From assembly GCF_030144855.1 (NCBI RefSeq), contig NC_082722.1:2356001-2420000 (forward strand): a stretch of DNA of 64,000 nt. Direction: 5' to 3'. Source of the stretch: Hypanus sabinus. Lineage: Eukaryota. The position numbers and the translations under genes are program-made. Positions 45,001 through 54,344 of the stretch are shown piece after piece. Below the pieces are notes generated by a model that searched no databases, had not been told where the DNA came from, and saw only the letters and a list, made by a program, of their open reading frames with translations. The first letter of the stretch is position 1, and each line of letters begins with the position of its first letter.

Positions 45001-45826
45001 GTCTCAGAGTACAGGACCAGATGGTACCGTCTCAGAGTACAGGACCAGATGGTACCGTCTCAGAGTACAGGACCAGATGGCACAGTCTCAGAGTACAGGA
45101 CCAGATGGCACCGAGTCAGAGTACAGGTCCAGATGGTACCGTCTCAGAGTACAGGACCAGATGGCACCGTCTCAGAGTACAGGACCAGATGCTACAGTCT
45201 CAGAGTGCAGGACCAGATGGCACCGTCTCAGAGTACAGGACCAGATGGTACAGTCTCAGAGTGCAGGACCAGATGGTACAGTCTCAGAGTACAGGACCAG
45301 ATCGCACCGTCTCAGAGTACAGGACCAGATCGCACCGTCTCAGTGTACAGGACCAGATGGCACCATCTGAGAGTACAGGACCAGATGGCACAGTCTCTGA
45401 GTAGAGGACCAGATGGCACAGTCTCAGAGTACAGGACCAGATGGCACCATCTGAGAGTACAGGACCAGATGGCACCATCTGAGAGTACAGGACCAGATGG
45501 CACAGTCTCTGAGTATAGGACCAGATGGCACAGTCTCAGAGTACAGGACCAAATGGCAAGTCTCAGAGTACAGGACCAGATCGCACCGTCTCAGAGTACA
45601 GGACCAGATGGTACAGTCTCAGAGTACAGGACCAGATGGCACCGTCTCAGAGTACAGGACCAGATGGCACCGTCTCAGAGTACTGGACTAGATGGCACCG
45701 TCTCAGTGTACAGGACCAGATGGCACCATCTCAGAGTACAGGACCAGATGGCACAGTCTCTGAGTATAGGACCAGATGGCACAGTCTCAGAGTACAGGAC
45801 CAAATGGCAAGTCTCAGAGTACAGGA
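1..45826 (+). repeat. Giant 28-bp tandem satellite/minisatellite array (about 1,640 monomers), CR1-derived, with higher-order structure; 5' end lies outside the window
   Basis: Continuous head-to-tail repeats of GGACCAGATGGCAC(C/A)GTCTCAGAGTACA with recurring point and indel variants and no unique spacer. The last monomer ends ...GTCTCAGAGTACAGGA at 45826. Copy number is 45826/28. Confidence 0.99.
38355..45496 (+). repeat. Three-copy higher-order repeat (2390, 2362, 2390 bp) within the satellite
   Basis: Near-identical ORF-track translations recur at 38355/40745/43107/45497, 38606/40996/43358 and 39710/42100/44462. The middle copy lacks exactly one GGTACCGTCTC monomer (two copies at about 40270 and 45022, one at about 42661). 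Confidence 0.93.
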
Positions 45827-45906
45827 ATGTTCCTTTAGAACAGATATGAGGAGGAACTTACTTCGCCAGAATTTTCGGAAACTGGAATTCATTGCCACAG
45901 TCGGCT
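45827..45906 (+). mobile_element. CR1 LINE 3' remnant (ORF2 C-terminus) colinear with the last satellite monomer
   Basis: CCTTTAGAACAGA...GCCAGA...CTGGAATTC...TGCCACA matches the in-window CR1 at 62476-62541 (CCTTTGGAACAGA...GCCAGA...CTGGAATTC...TGCCACA). The translation LRVQECSFRTDMRRN parallels LRIEWRPFGTE (62458) and LRVRGQKFRGNTRGNFF (52018). Confidence 0.85.
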
Positions 45907-45960
45907 TATTTGGTTCGTAACAGTCAGCTCGATCAACTCATGTCCTTCTAGGGGAACTGC

Positions 45961-46512
45961 TGTAGGCCCTGCCAAACAGTGTGCTCCCGTAGTTATAGAC
46001 GCCCCGATACAAGCCCAGGATGTAAAATATCAGACAACACACTAGGTACAATTAAATGATTACACCTTATACTCCTTTTGGTGGTGTTGTTAGTAGAAAC
46101 AAATAAACAATGGTGCCACTCAGTAAATTTATCAGTTTTGTGCACTAACTTAATTCGTTGGAGCTCACTCCTTCTGGGTACATCCCCAAATGACCTCCAA
46201 ACCTTCGACAACCTCTGAACTGTCGAATAGCGGTATCCGCTGCCCTGGGACCGCCAAATGCTCTGGCACTCGCTCTCCGTCGCCACTCACCTCCTCAAAA
46301 GCACTGCAAACCCTTTCTCACTTCCCACCATACAAGATAGCGTAACAGTCATCCATTGGTTAGTTCCCCATTATCTGTAATTATAACTCAAACAATGCAG
46401 CTGCAAAGAACCATTACATCACCAGTTAACATTACAGAGAAGCCATTTCATTATAACACTAAGGAGAAGCCATTTTGTTAGCCTTACAGTTAATATTGCT
46501 TAGAACCCTACA
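45961..46512 (-). mobile_element. Putative solo LTR (552 bp)
   Basis: The termini TGTAGG...CCTACA form a 6-bp inverted repeat with TG/CA ends. The element is non-coding and interrupts an otherwise colinear CR1 3' end. No target-site duplication is visible, and 45907-45960 is unexplained. Confidence 0.45.
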
Positions 46513-46640
46513 GGTATATTTAATGTAGATGTTGATAAGTTTTTGATGATTGAAGGCATCAAATATTACAGGGAGAACGTGATTGGCGAAGAGAGGAAAA
46601 TATATCAGCCATGATGGAAAGGCAGAGCAGACACGATGAG
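46513..46640 (+). mobile_element. CR1 LINE 3' tail, continuation of the satellite host element
   Basis: 46604-46638 matches 62662-62696 at 32/35 nt. The TATATTTAA start matches 62568-62576 of the same CR1 family tail. Confidence 0.85.
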
Positions 46641-46859
46641 TGTACTGATGGTGATGCTGAATTGAACTGAATCTCTTTTGTCTGCATGTGATCTATATTC
46701 CTCCATTTCTTTATTATTCTTGTTTCTCTCTAATAAACTTAGCTGCAATATAACTTCCAGTTGTTTAAAATTAGTTCCCGACCAGTGATGGTAAACTTGA
46801 TTAATACTTACTTTACCGACCTTACCTAATTTAGTGAGCTATGGACTTGGAGCCCAACG

Positions 46860-47740
46860 CTGTTAGCTGTCCTGTCAATAGCTGTATCCTTTTCCCTTAC
46901 ACTGAACTCGAAAAATGCAATGCCTTACACCTGCTCAAATTAATGTTCATCTATCATTTCTCTGATTTTACCTGTAAATTAGCTATATTCTACTATGTCA
47001 TTTAATGGCCCTACAAGTTATATCAACTCTTGCGTTGTCTGCAAACATACTAACCTATGCATCTACTTTTTCATCCAAATCATGTGCATATCTCAAACAT
47101 AATAGTGACTCCAACACTGTGGAACACTAATAGTCAAGGACATCCAGACAGAATAACAGCCTTCCAACTACAACCCTCTGCCCGCTGTAGGTGAGTTAAA
47201 CCTGAATCTAAAAATTAGCCTGCCCCAATTTCACACTTTAACCCCAAGTCCAGTCATATCCTTATTTCATAGCTGTAGGTTAACCTTCAGAGTTATGATC
47301 ACCATTCCAAAAATATTCTCAAATCGCAACTCCAAGAAAAAGACCCATTTAATGTCTAGTTTGGCCCCTTCCTTTTAGTTATCTGCATGATGTGTCAAGA
47401 AACATGGCTGAATACACCTCACAAATTCTGCTTTCTGCATTCAGGAATGCCCATGTCAAGCAACCTTCCTGATATCTTCTCACAGCCAAAGAAATATTAA
47501 TTTATGTCCCTAATGAAAGAACCTTGTATCAATTGGACACCTAGTTCTCAATCTGCCCTGCTGTAGAACTCACTCACTTGTGGTATCACTGGTCTGGCTG
47601 CTGTTGATCTTTTTGCCTGAGAAGCTCTATAGCTGCAAATGTATCCAAAACAGTGTACTTATTTGAGGTTGACCAGCTACAGAAGATTCAGACACTACCT
47701 GCCTGCCCCAGTTGGTGGGCAATTATCTGTCTGACTTGAC
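46860..47740 (-). mobile_element. Highly decayed CR1 fragments (RT, endonuclease and possibly ORF1 pieces)
   Basis: Segments such as GTCTGCAAACATACTAA, CATCCAAATCA, TGTGGAACACTAATAGTCA and ACAACCCTCTGCC resemble reverse complements of the CR1 RT motifs (FADD, INDL, SGVPQG, GRCQRV) seen at 51220-51400. Boundaries are approximate. Confidence 0.55.
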
Positions 47741-48288
47741 CTTTGGTGTAGGCACGTCATTGAAACTGTTTTCAATAACACTCTCTGTTTTCTGTCTGGT
47801 CCTAAATGACGCCATCTACCACTACAACCAATCGAAAGGGTCGGAGAAGAAGAGCAGCATGCCTCACTTCAGGCACACGTAGTTATCATGGACAGTTGAA
47901 CGCTTCCTCATCTCCCCCATCCTGCAGGAGTAGTAAACCACTCTGCTGACAACCATCATTAACCCTTTTAACTACAAGTAGCCTTACATTTGGAGAAGGA
48001 AGTCTGTAGATTAGAACAGGAGTGCTGCGGGAGCCATTTTGATTTTTTCTTCTCATTGGGGTTAAGAGAGGCAGGACAGTGCAGGCATGTGACATCGGGC
48101 AGTGAAGCATGGAAGATTTAAAAGGAACACAGCTTTATACAGCGGGCAGCATCGTTTACGGGCAGCGCAGTGAGCCGGGAGGAGAGTGAAGACTTAAGGG
48201 CTTTGGCTCAACAAGCTTCGGCAGAAATGGGCGAGGCAAGGTAGGTTTAGCTTTCAGTTTTTCCTGTTATTTGAGGAAAGGGGGAATT

Positions 48289-49230
48289 ATGAGTGTGAGG
48301 GCAGCTTGTTGCTCTCAGAGTCGGATGTGAGAGATCCTGGAGTCTCCTAGCCTCCCGGACGCCCATATCTGCGCCAGGTGTGCTGAGCCGCAGCTCCTAA
48401 GGGACCATGTTAGGAAACTGGGGATGCAGCTCGATGAACTTCGGCTGGTCAGGGAGAGTGAGGAGTTGACAAGGAAGAGTCAAAGGCAGGCGGACACACC
48501 AGGGCCACAGGAGCAGACAAGTAGGTCATGTTTAGGAGAGGGAAGGGGAAGAGTCAGGTACGAGAGAGTACCCCCGTGGCTGTACCCCTTGACAATAAGT
48601 ACTCCTGTTTGAGTACTGTTGGGGGTGGGGGGAGACAACCTAACTGGGGGAAGCAACAGTTGCCGTGCCTCCAGCACAGAGTCTGCCCCTGTAGCTCAGA
48701 AGGGTAGGGAAAGGAAGAAGAAGGCAGTAGTGATAGGGGACTCAATAGTTAAGGGGTCAGACAGGCGATTCTGTGGATGCAGGCAGATGACCCGGATGGT
48801 AGTCTGCCTCCCTGGAGCCAGGGTCCGGGATGTTTCTGATCGCATCCAAGATATCCTGAATTGGGAGGGTGAGGAGCCGGAGGTCATGGTACATATAGGT
48901 ACCAATGACCAAGATCGGAAAAGGGAAGAGGTCCTGAAAGGAGAATACAGGGAGTTAGAAAGGGAGTTGAGAAGAAGGACCGCAAAGATAGTAATCTAGA
49001 GATTATTGCCTGTGCCACGTGACAGTGAGAGTAGAAATGGAATGAGGTGAAGGATAAATGCATGGCTGAGGGCTTGGAGCAAGAGGCAGGGATTCAAGTT
49101 TCTGGATCACTGGGACCTCTTTTAGGGCAGGTGTGGCCTGTACATAAAGGGCGGGTGAATCCTAGCAGGACCAATATCCTGACGGGGAGATTTGCTAAGG
49201 CTACTGAAGAGACTTTAAACGAGAATGGTT
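48289..49230 (+). pseudogene. CR1 ORF1 (zinc finger/leucine zipper plus SGNH esterase), disrupted
   Basis: ATG at 48289 is in frame with the 48424 ORF but has TGA at codon 14. A frameshift precedes the esterase ORF 48619-48999, and further stops follow. The end is approximate. Confidence 0.85.
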
Positions 49231-49435
49231 GGACAGCGGGAATCAAATTGAAGAGACTAGAAGAGAGGAGGTTACTTCACAAATAGAGAAAGCTTGTAGA
49301 CAGTGTGTGAGGGAGAATAGGTAGGTGATAGAAAAGGGGAGCACTCAGACCAAAGATGTAGGGGAGGAGGAAGAAAAAGAAGATAGTAAAGTTGTTTGCA
49401 CTGTTAGGGATAAACAGAGAGTAAGAGGTGGAGAA

Positions 49436-52154
49436 TTTCTTAAATGCATTTATTTTAGTGCTAGGAGCATTGTAAGAAAGGTGGATGAGCTTAAAGCATG
49501 GATTGATACCTGGAAATATTATGTTGTAGCTATTAGTGAAACATGTTTGCAGGAGGGGTATGATTGGCAACTAATTATTCCTGGATTTCATTGCTTCAGG
49601 TGTGATAGAATTGGAGGAGCAAGAGGGTGAGGTGTTGCATTGCTTGTCAGAGAAAATATTACAGGGGTGCTTTGGCAGGATAGATTAGAGGGCTCTTCTA
49701 GAGAGGCTATTTGGTTGGAATTGAGGAATGGGAAAGGTGTAGAAATACTTATAGGGGTGTATTAAAGACCAGCTAATGGAGAGCCAGTATTGGAGGAGCA
49801 AATTTGTAAGGAGATAGCAGATATTTGCAGTAAGCACAAGGTTGTGATTGTGGGAGATTTTAATTCTCCAAACATTGACTGGGAAGCCAATTCTGTAAAA
49901 GGGCTGGATGGTTTGGAGTTTGTAAAATGGGTGCAGGATAGATTTTTTGCAGCAATACATAGAGGTACCGACTACAGAAGGGGCAGTGTTGGATCGCCTG
50001 TCCCTGGAATGAGATAGGTCAGGTGACTGAGGTATGTGTTGGGGAGCACTTCAGGTCCAGTGATCACAATGCCATTAATTTCAATATAATTATGGAGAAG
50101 GATAGGTCTGGACCCAGGGTTGAGATTTTTGATTGGAGAAAGGCTAACTTTGAGGAGATATGAAAGGATTTAGAAAGAGTGGATTGGGACAATTTGTTGT
50201 ATGGGAAGGATGTAATAGAGAAATGGAGGTCATTTAAAGGTGAAATTTTGAGGGTACAGAATCCTTATGTTCCTGTTAGGTTGAAAGGAAAGTTTAAAAG
50301 TTTGAGAGAGCCATGGTTTTCAAGGGTTATTGGAAACTTGGTTCGGAAAAAGAGAGAGATCTACAATAAATATAGGCAGCATGGAGTAAATGAGGTGCTT
50401 GAGGAATATAAAGAATTTAAAAAGAATCTTAAGAAAGATATTAGAAAAGCTAAAAGAAAATATGAGGTTGTTATGGTAAGTGAGGTGAAAATAAATCCAA
50501 AGGGTTTCTACAGTTATATTAATAGCAAAAGGATAGTGAGGGATAAAATTGGTCCCTTAGAGAATCAGAGTGGACAGCCATGTATGGAGCCAGAAGAGAT
50601 GGGGGAGATTTTGAACAATTTCTTCGGTATTCACTAAGGAGAAGGATATTGAATTGTGTAAGGTAAGGGAAACAAGTAGGGTATTTATGTAAACTATGAT
50701 GATTAAAGAAGAGGAAGTACTGTCACTTTAAAAGAATATAAAAGTGGATAAGTCTCCAGATCCTGACAGGATATTCCCTAGGACCTTGAGGGAAGTTAGT
50801 GTAGAAACAGCAGGGGCTCTGCAGAAATATTTCAAATGTCATTTAAAATAGGGATGGTGCCAGAGGATTGGTGTATTGCTCCTGTGGTTCCATTGCTTAA
50901 AAAGGGTTCTAAGAGTAAACCTAGCAATTATCGGCCTGTAAGTTTGACATCAGTGGTGGGTAAATTAATGGAAAGTATTCTTAGAGATGGTGTATATAAT
51001 TATCTGGATAGACGGGATCTGATTAAGAACAGTCAACATGGATTTGTGCGTGGAAGGTCATGTTTGACAAAATGTTTGACGAATTTTTTGAAGAGGTTAC
51101 TAAGAAAGTTGACAAGGTTAAAGCAGTGGATGTTGTCTATATGGACTTCAGTAAGGCCTTTGACAAGGTTCCACACGGAAGGTTAATATTGATCTAGAAA
51201 AATGGATTCAACAGTGGATGGATGGGAGATGCCAGAGAGTAATGGTGAATAACTGTTTGTCAGCTTGGAGGCCGGTGACTAGTGGTGTGCCTCAGGGATC
51301 TGCACTGGGTCCAATGTTGTTTGTCATATACATTAATGATCTGGATGTTGGGGTGGCAAATTGGATTAGTAAGTATACAGATAATACTAAGATAGGTGGC
51401 GTTGTGGATAATGAAGTAGGTTTTCAAAGTTTGCAGAAAGATTTAGGCCAGTTAGAAGAGTAGGCTGAGCAATGGAAGATGGAGTTTAATGCTAATAAGT
51501 GTGAGGTGCTACATTTTGGTAGGAATAATCAAAATAGGACATACATGGTAAATGGAGTTCATTGAGGAATGCAGTAGAACAGAGTGATCTAGGCAAATGA
51601 TGCATTGTTCCCTGAAGGTGGAATCTCATGTGGATAGGGTGGTGAAGAAAGCTTTTGGTATGCTGGGCTTTATAAATCAGAGCATTGAGTATAGGAGTTG
51701 GAATGTAATGTAAAAGTTGTACAAGGCATTGGTGAGGCCAAATTTGGAGTATTGTGTACAGTTCTGGTCACCGGATTTTAGGAAAGATGTCAACAAAATA
51801 GAGAAAGTACAGAGGAGATTTATGAGAATGTTACCTGGGCTTCAGCACCTAAATTACAGAGAAAGGTTGAACAAGTTATGTCTTTATTCTTTGGAGCATA
51901 GAACGTTGAAGGGGGACTTGATAGAGGTATTTAAAATTATGAGGGGCATAGATAGAGTCGATGTGGATAGGCTTTTTTCATTGAGAGTAGGTGAGATTCA
52001 AACAAGAGGACATGAGTTGAGAGTTCGTGGCCAAAAATTTAGGGGTAACACGAGGGGGAACTTCTTTACTCAGAGAGTGGTAGCTGTGTGGAACGGGCTT
52101 CCAGTAGAAGTGGTAGAGGCATGTTCGATATTGTCATTTTTTAAAAATCGATAG
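49436..52154 (+). pseudogene. CR1 ORF2 (AP endonuclease-reverse transcriptase), multiple stops and frameshifts
   Basis: Pieces in the ORF track at 49325, 49790, 50179, 50836, 51218 and 51717 carry the APE, RT and C-terminal motifs in the correct order. Confidence 0.92.
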
Positions 52155-52285
52155 GTATATGGACGGGAAGGAATGGAGGGTTATGGGCTAAGTGCAGGTC
52201 GGTGGGACGAGGTGAGAGTAAGCGTTCGGCACGGTCTAGAAGGGCCGAGATGACCTGTTTCCGTGCTGTAATAGTTATATGGTTA

Positions 52286-52740
52286 CAATCAGGTTTATTA
52301 GAGCTGACTTTTATGGTGTGAAATTGGTTGCCCTGGGGCAGCAGTACAGTGCAAAGACGTAAGGTTACTATAAATCATAAAGTAAATAAATGGCGCAAGT
52401 TGAACAATAGTTTAGTATTTATCGTTTAATGGTCCATTCAAAAACTGGGAAAAAGCTGTTTCCGGATCTTCATTTCCTGAGAAGGCATTTTGTTCTGGAT
52501 GGGGGGGTCGTAAGTAATTAATGCCACTTTCTTGAGACACTGTCTCTTAAAGATACCCTCGGTGATGGGGCAGCCCGTGAGTGTGATGGTGCTGTCTTTG
52601 TGCACAGTCCTCTGCAGTCTCAATGCTTCGGAATATCCATGCAGGTGTGTAATGCAACCTGTCAGAATGATCTCCACCGCGCAAATCTGATATACCAAAT
52701 CTCATCAAACTTCAAACGAAGCAGAGACATTTTGGTGATT
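52286..52740 (-). mobile_element. 3' fragment of a Rex1/Babar-like non-LTR retrotransposon
   Basis: The minus ORF 52438-52698 (VEIILTGCIT...RLQRTV...EGIFKRQCLKK) resembles the recalled ESILTGCITAWYG...RLQRVV C-terminus of this clade. The clade assignment is from memory. Confidence 0.65.
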
Positions 52741-52930
52741 GTGTTAATTTGCTTCCCCCAAAATGTTGACTGCCAGGAACGTGACACGAGAGAAAGAAAA
52801 AGGAAAATGTGTCCTTTCCCCCGCCTTGCTTGATTTTGCTCGGCATCCTCGGCGAAGCGGTCGGTCCTCCACCAAGAGCCGCAATTGAACTTCGATGTCA
52901 AAGCTGCCTTCTCAAACTGCCCGTTTAAAA

Positions 52931-53016
52931 AGTGACGTGCCGCTTCGAGGCAATGGCGTGTAGTCAACAGATATATAAAAAGTGGAGAATAGCAAACAAA
53001 CAAGATTTCCGGGAAA
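52931..53016 (+). promoter_or_regulatory. Putative promoter of the Ig-superfamily gene: CRE-like TGACGT (52933), TATATAAAA (52972-52980), perfect GAS TTCCGGGAA (53007-53015)
   Basis: The motifs are read directly and cluster in a CpG-richer unique segment upstream of the candidate leader exon. Function is inferred. Confidence 0.4.
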
Positions 53017-53361
53017 ATAAAAAAAGAGTAGAGGCCAATGATCTTGTAAAATCTCAGGAAGCCCATTCACCGAAACCTTTTCCACTTGTTCTGATCTTAC
53101 TTGTTATTTCCTGTCTCGCCGACAAAACCTGAGAAGTTGTGGATTTTGACCTTCTTGTCTCTTGACACAATGCAGCCCTTCATTTCCTGTCCTTGCTTCT
53201 GACCACAGCTAATCGGTCAAACCCTAGATTCAAGCGTATGCATTTCTCGGCAATGTCCTGCGGGCAATTGACGCGATTAAATGTTAGTGTGATAAGATTA
53301 TCGAAATGCATTGACGCCTGCCCACCGGACCCTCACTTTCTGCTCTGTTGTCGACGCTGAT

Positions 53362-53416
53362 ATGTTTCTGAAGCGGTCATTTTGGACCATGTATTTACTT
53401 GCCATTGTGAAAGCGG
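53362..53416 (+). CDS. Candidate leader (signal peptide) exon MFLKRSFWTMYLLAIVKA
   Basis: A 55-bp ATG-initiated exon with a basic n-region and hydrophobic core. It ends in phase 1 (G|GTATAC, a weak donor) and splices in frame to the V exon across a 243-bp intron. Confidence 0.55.
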
Positions 53417-53659
53417 GTATACAGTCATTTTATTATTCCTTATTTAAGGTTCTTTACAAGCCCACAAGTGATACTTGTACCGCTCACGATATAGTGTTGA
53501 TGAGATTGTTTTTTATCGTAGATTTACCAAACCTCAGTGAGGATGGTAAAACGGCCACAGCATAATATTTGAGCTATTCGAATTTTGAGTATTTCGGTCA
53601 GTCGTTAAAAAGCAATTCCTACCAATGACTAAATCAGAGTGTGCATCCTTTCTTGACAG

Positions 53660-53971
53660 CTGCCATGGACGTGCCGGGCAAGGCGGCTCCGAATGCTGAT
53701 CGGAATATCGTGCTCAGCGGCACCAACTTCACTTGCCGATGCTCCTTCCGCTTCGACCTTGATCAGTCAACTATCAAAGTTTACTGGTGGAGAGATGGAA
53801 ATGCGACTTTTCTAAAGGAAGATAGCAGAAAATTGTTCAGTATTAAGGCAGGAGGCGCCTACCTTCACCTCCTGAATGTCACCGTCTCGGACGCTGGAAC
53901 ATATTATTGTGCCATAAAACAAGCGGGACGAACGATCGAAAAGGGATATGGAGAGAAGGTTGTGGTATACG
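53660..53971 (+). CDS. Ig V-set (VJ-type) domain exon of a SIRP/NCR3/NCR3LG1-like Ig-superfamily gene
   Basis: Acceptor TTCTTGACAG|CT and donor TACG|GTGAGC, both phase 1. The open 312-bp exon has B-strand Cys (FTCRCSF), C-strand Trp (VYWWRDG), LNVTVSDAGTYYC and a J-like KGYGEKVVV. Confidence 0.92.
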
Positions 53972-54344
53972 GTGAGCGGAGTTACAATTATAAACCAGGT
54001 CTTTAGTTGTGATCCAGATTCGAAAGTTGTTTCACAAAGAATGCAGAGTAGAGTTGTGTAACACATTGCAATTTGATTGCGAAGAGCATTTACTCGAAGA
54101 TGCAGGAGATTAAAACATGCTGTCAGAAGGTAAAATCAGCAACGACATTTAATGTGATATGTGTAACGGATAGCTGCCAATTAAACCGCGCCTTCAATTT
54201 GAAAACTGAACAACGAGGATAGGACACGGGTCGATAAACCCTGTATTTTAAATATTTATACCTAATCCACATTAGATTAATTCTCTGAAACAAATTAAAA
54301 CTCTATAACTGGCGAAAAAGACAAAACCACCGCCATTGTCAGGC

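Larger units (their letters stand above)
48050..52285 (+). mobile_element. Near full-length CR1 LINE (5'UTR, ORF1, ORF2, 3' tail), inactivated
   Basis: ORF1 has a degenerate zinc finger/coiled-coil and an SGNH esterase (VIGDSIV...CLPGARV...VHIGTND). ORF2 has an APE (ISET, GDFN) and an RT (NYRPVSLTSVVGKLME, SQHGF, SGVPQGSALGP, YTDN). The C-terminal TRGH motif and the tail end near 52285. The 5' boundary is approximate. Confidence 0.95.

Noticed and set aside
22132-45503. Short minus-strand ORFs (MVPSGPVLSDGAIWSC...)
   Set aside because: They occur mainly where TCTGAG/CTCTGAG variants remove the antisense TGA for a few consecutive monomers.
1-45826. CRISPR array (28-bp repeats)
   Set aside because: The repeats are directly adjacent with no unique spacers, there are no cas genes, and the context is vertebrate with spliceosomal introns and LINEs.
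18-45920. Hundreds of long plus-strand ORFs as a repetitive protein gene family
   Set aside because: They overlap in all three frames, encode the same 28-aa cycle, and start and stop wherever point variants create ATG or stop codons. This is fully explained by a stop-free 28-bp unit.
45993-46286. 97-aa minus ORF
   Set aside because: It lies within the putative LTR and has no recognisable domain or splice context.
52932-53132. ORF ending in a hydrophobic stretch (PFPLVLILLVISCLA) as the gene's signal peptide
   Set aside because: The only in-frame ATG (52953) is upstream of the TATA motif and far from the hydrophobic core. No GT donor follows in phase 1, and the frame stops three codons later.
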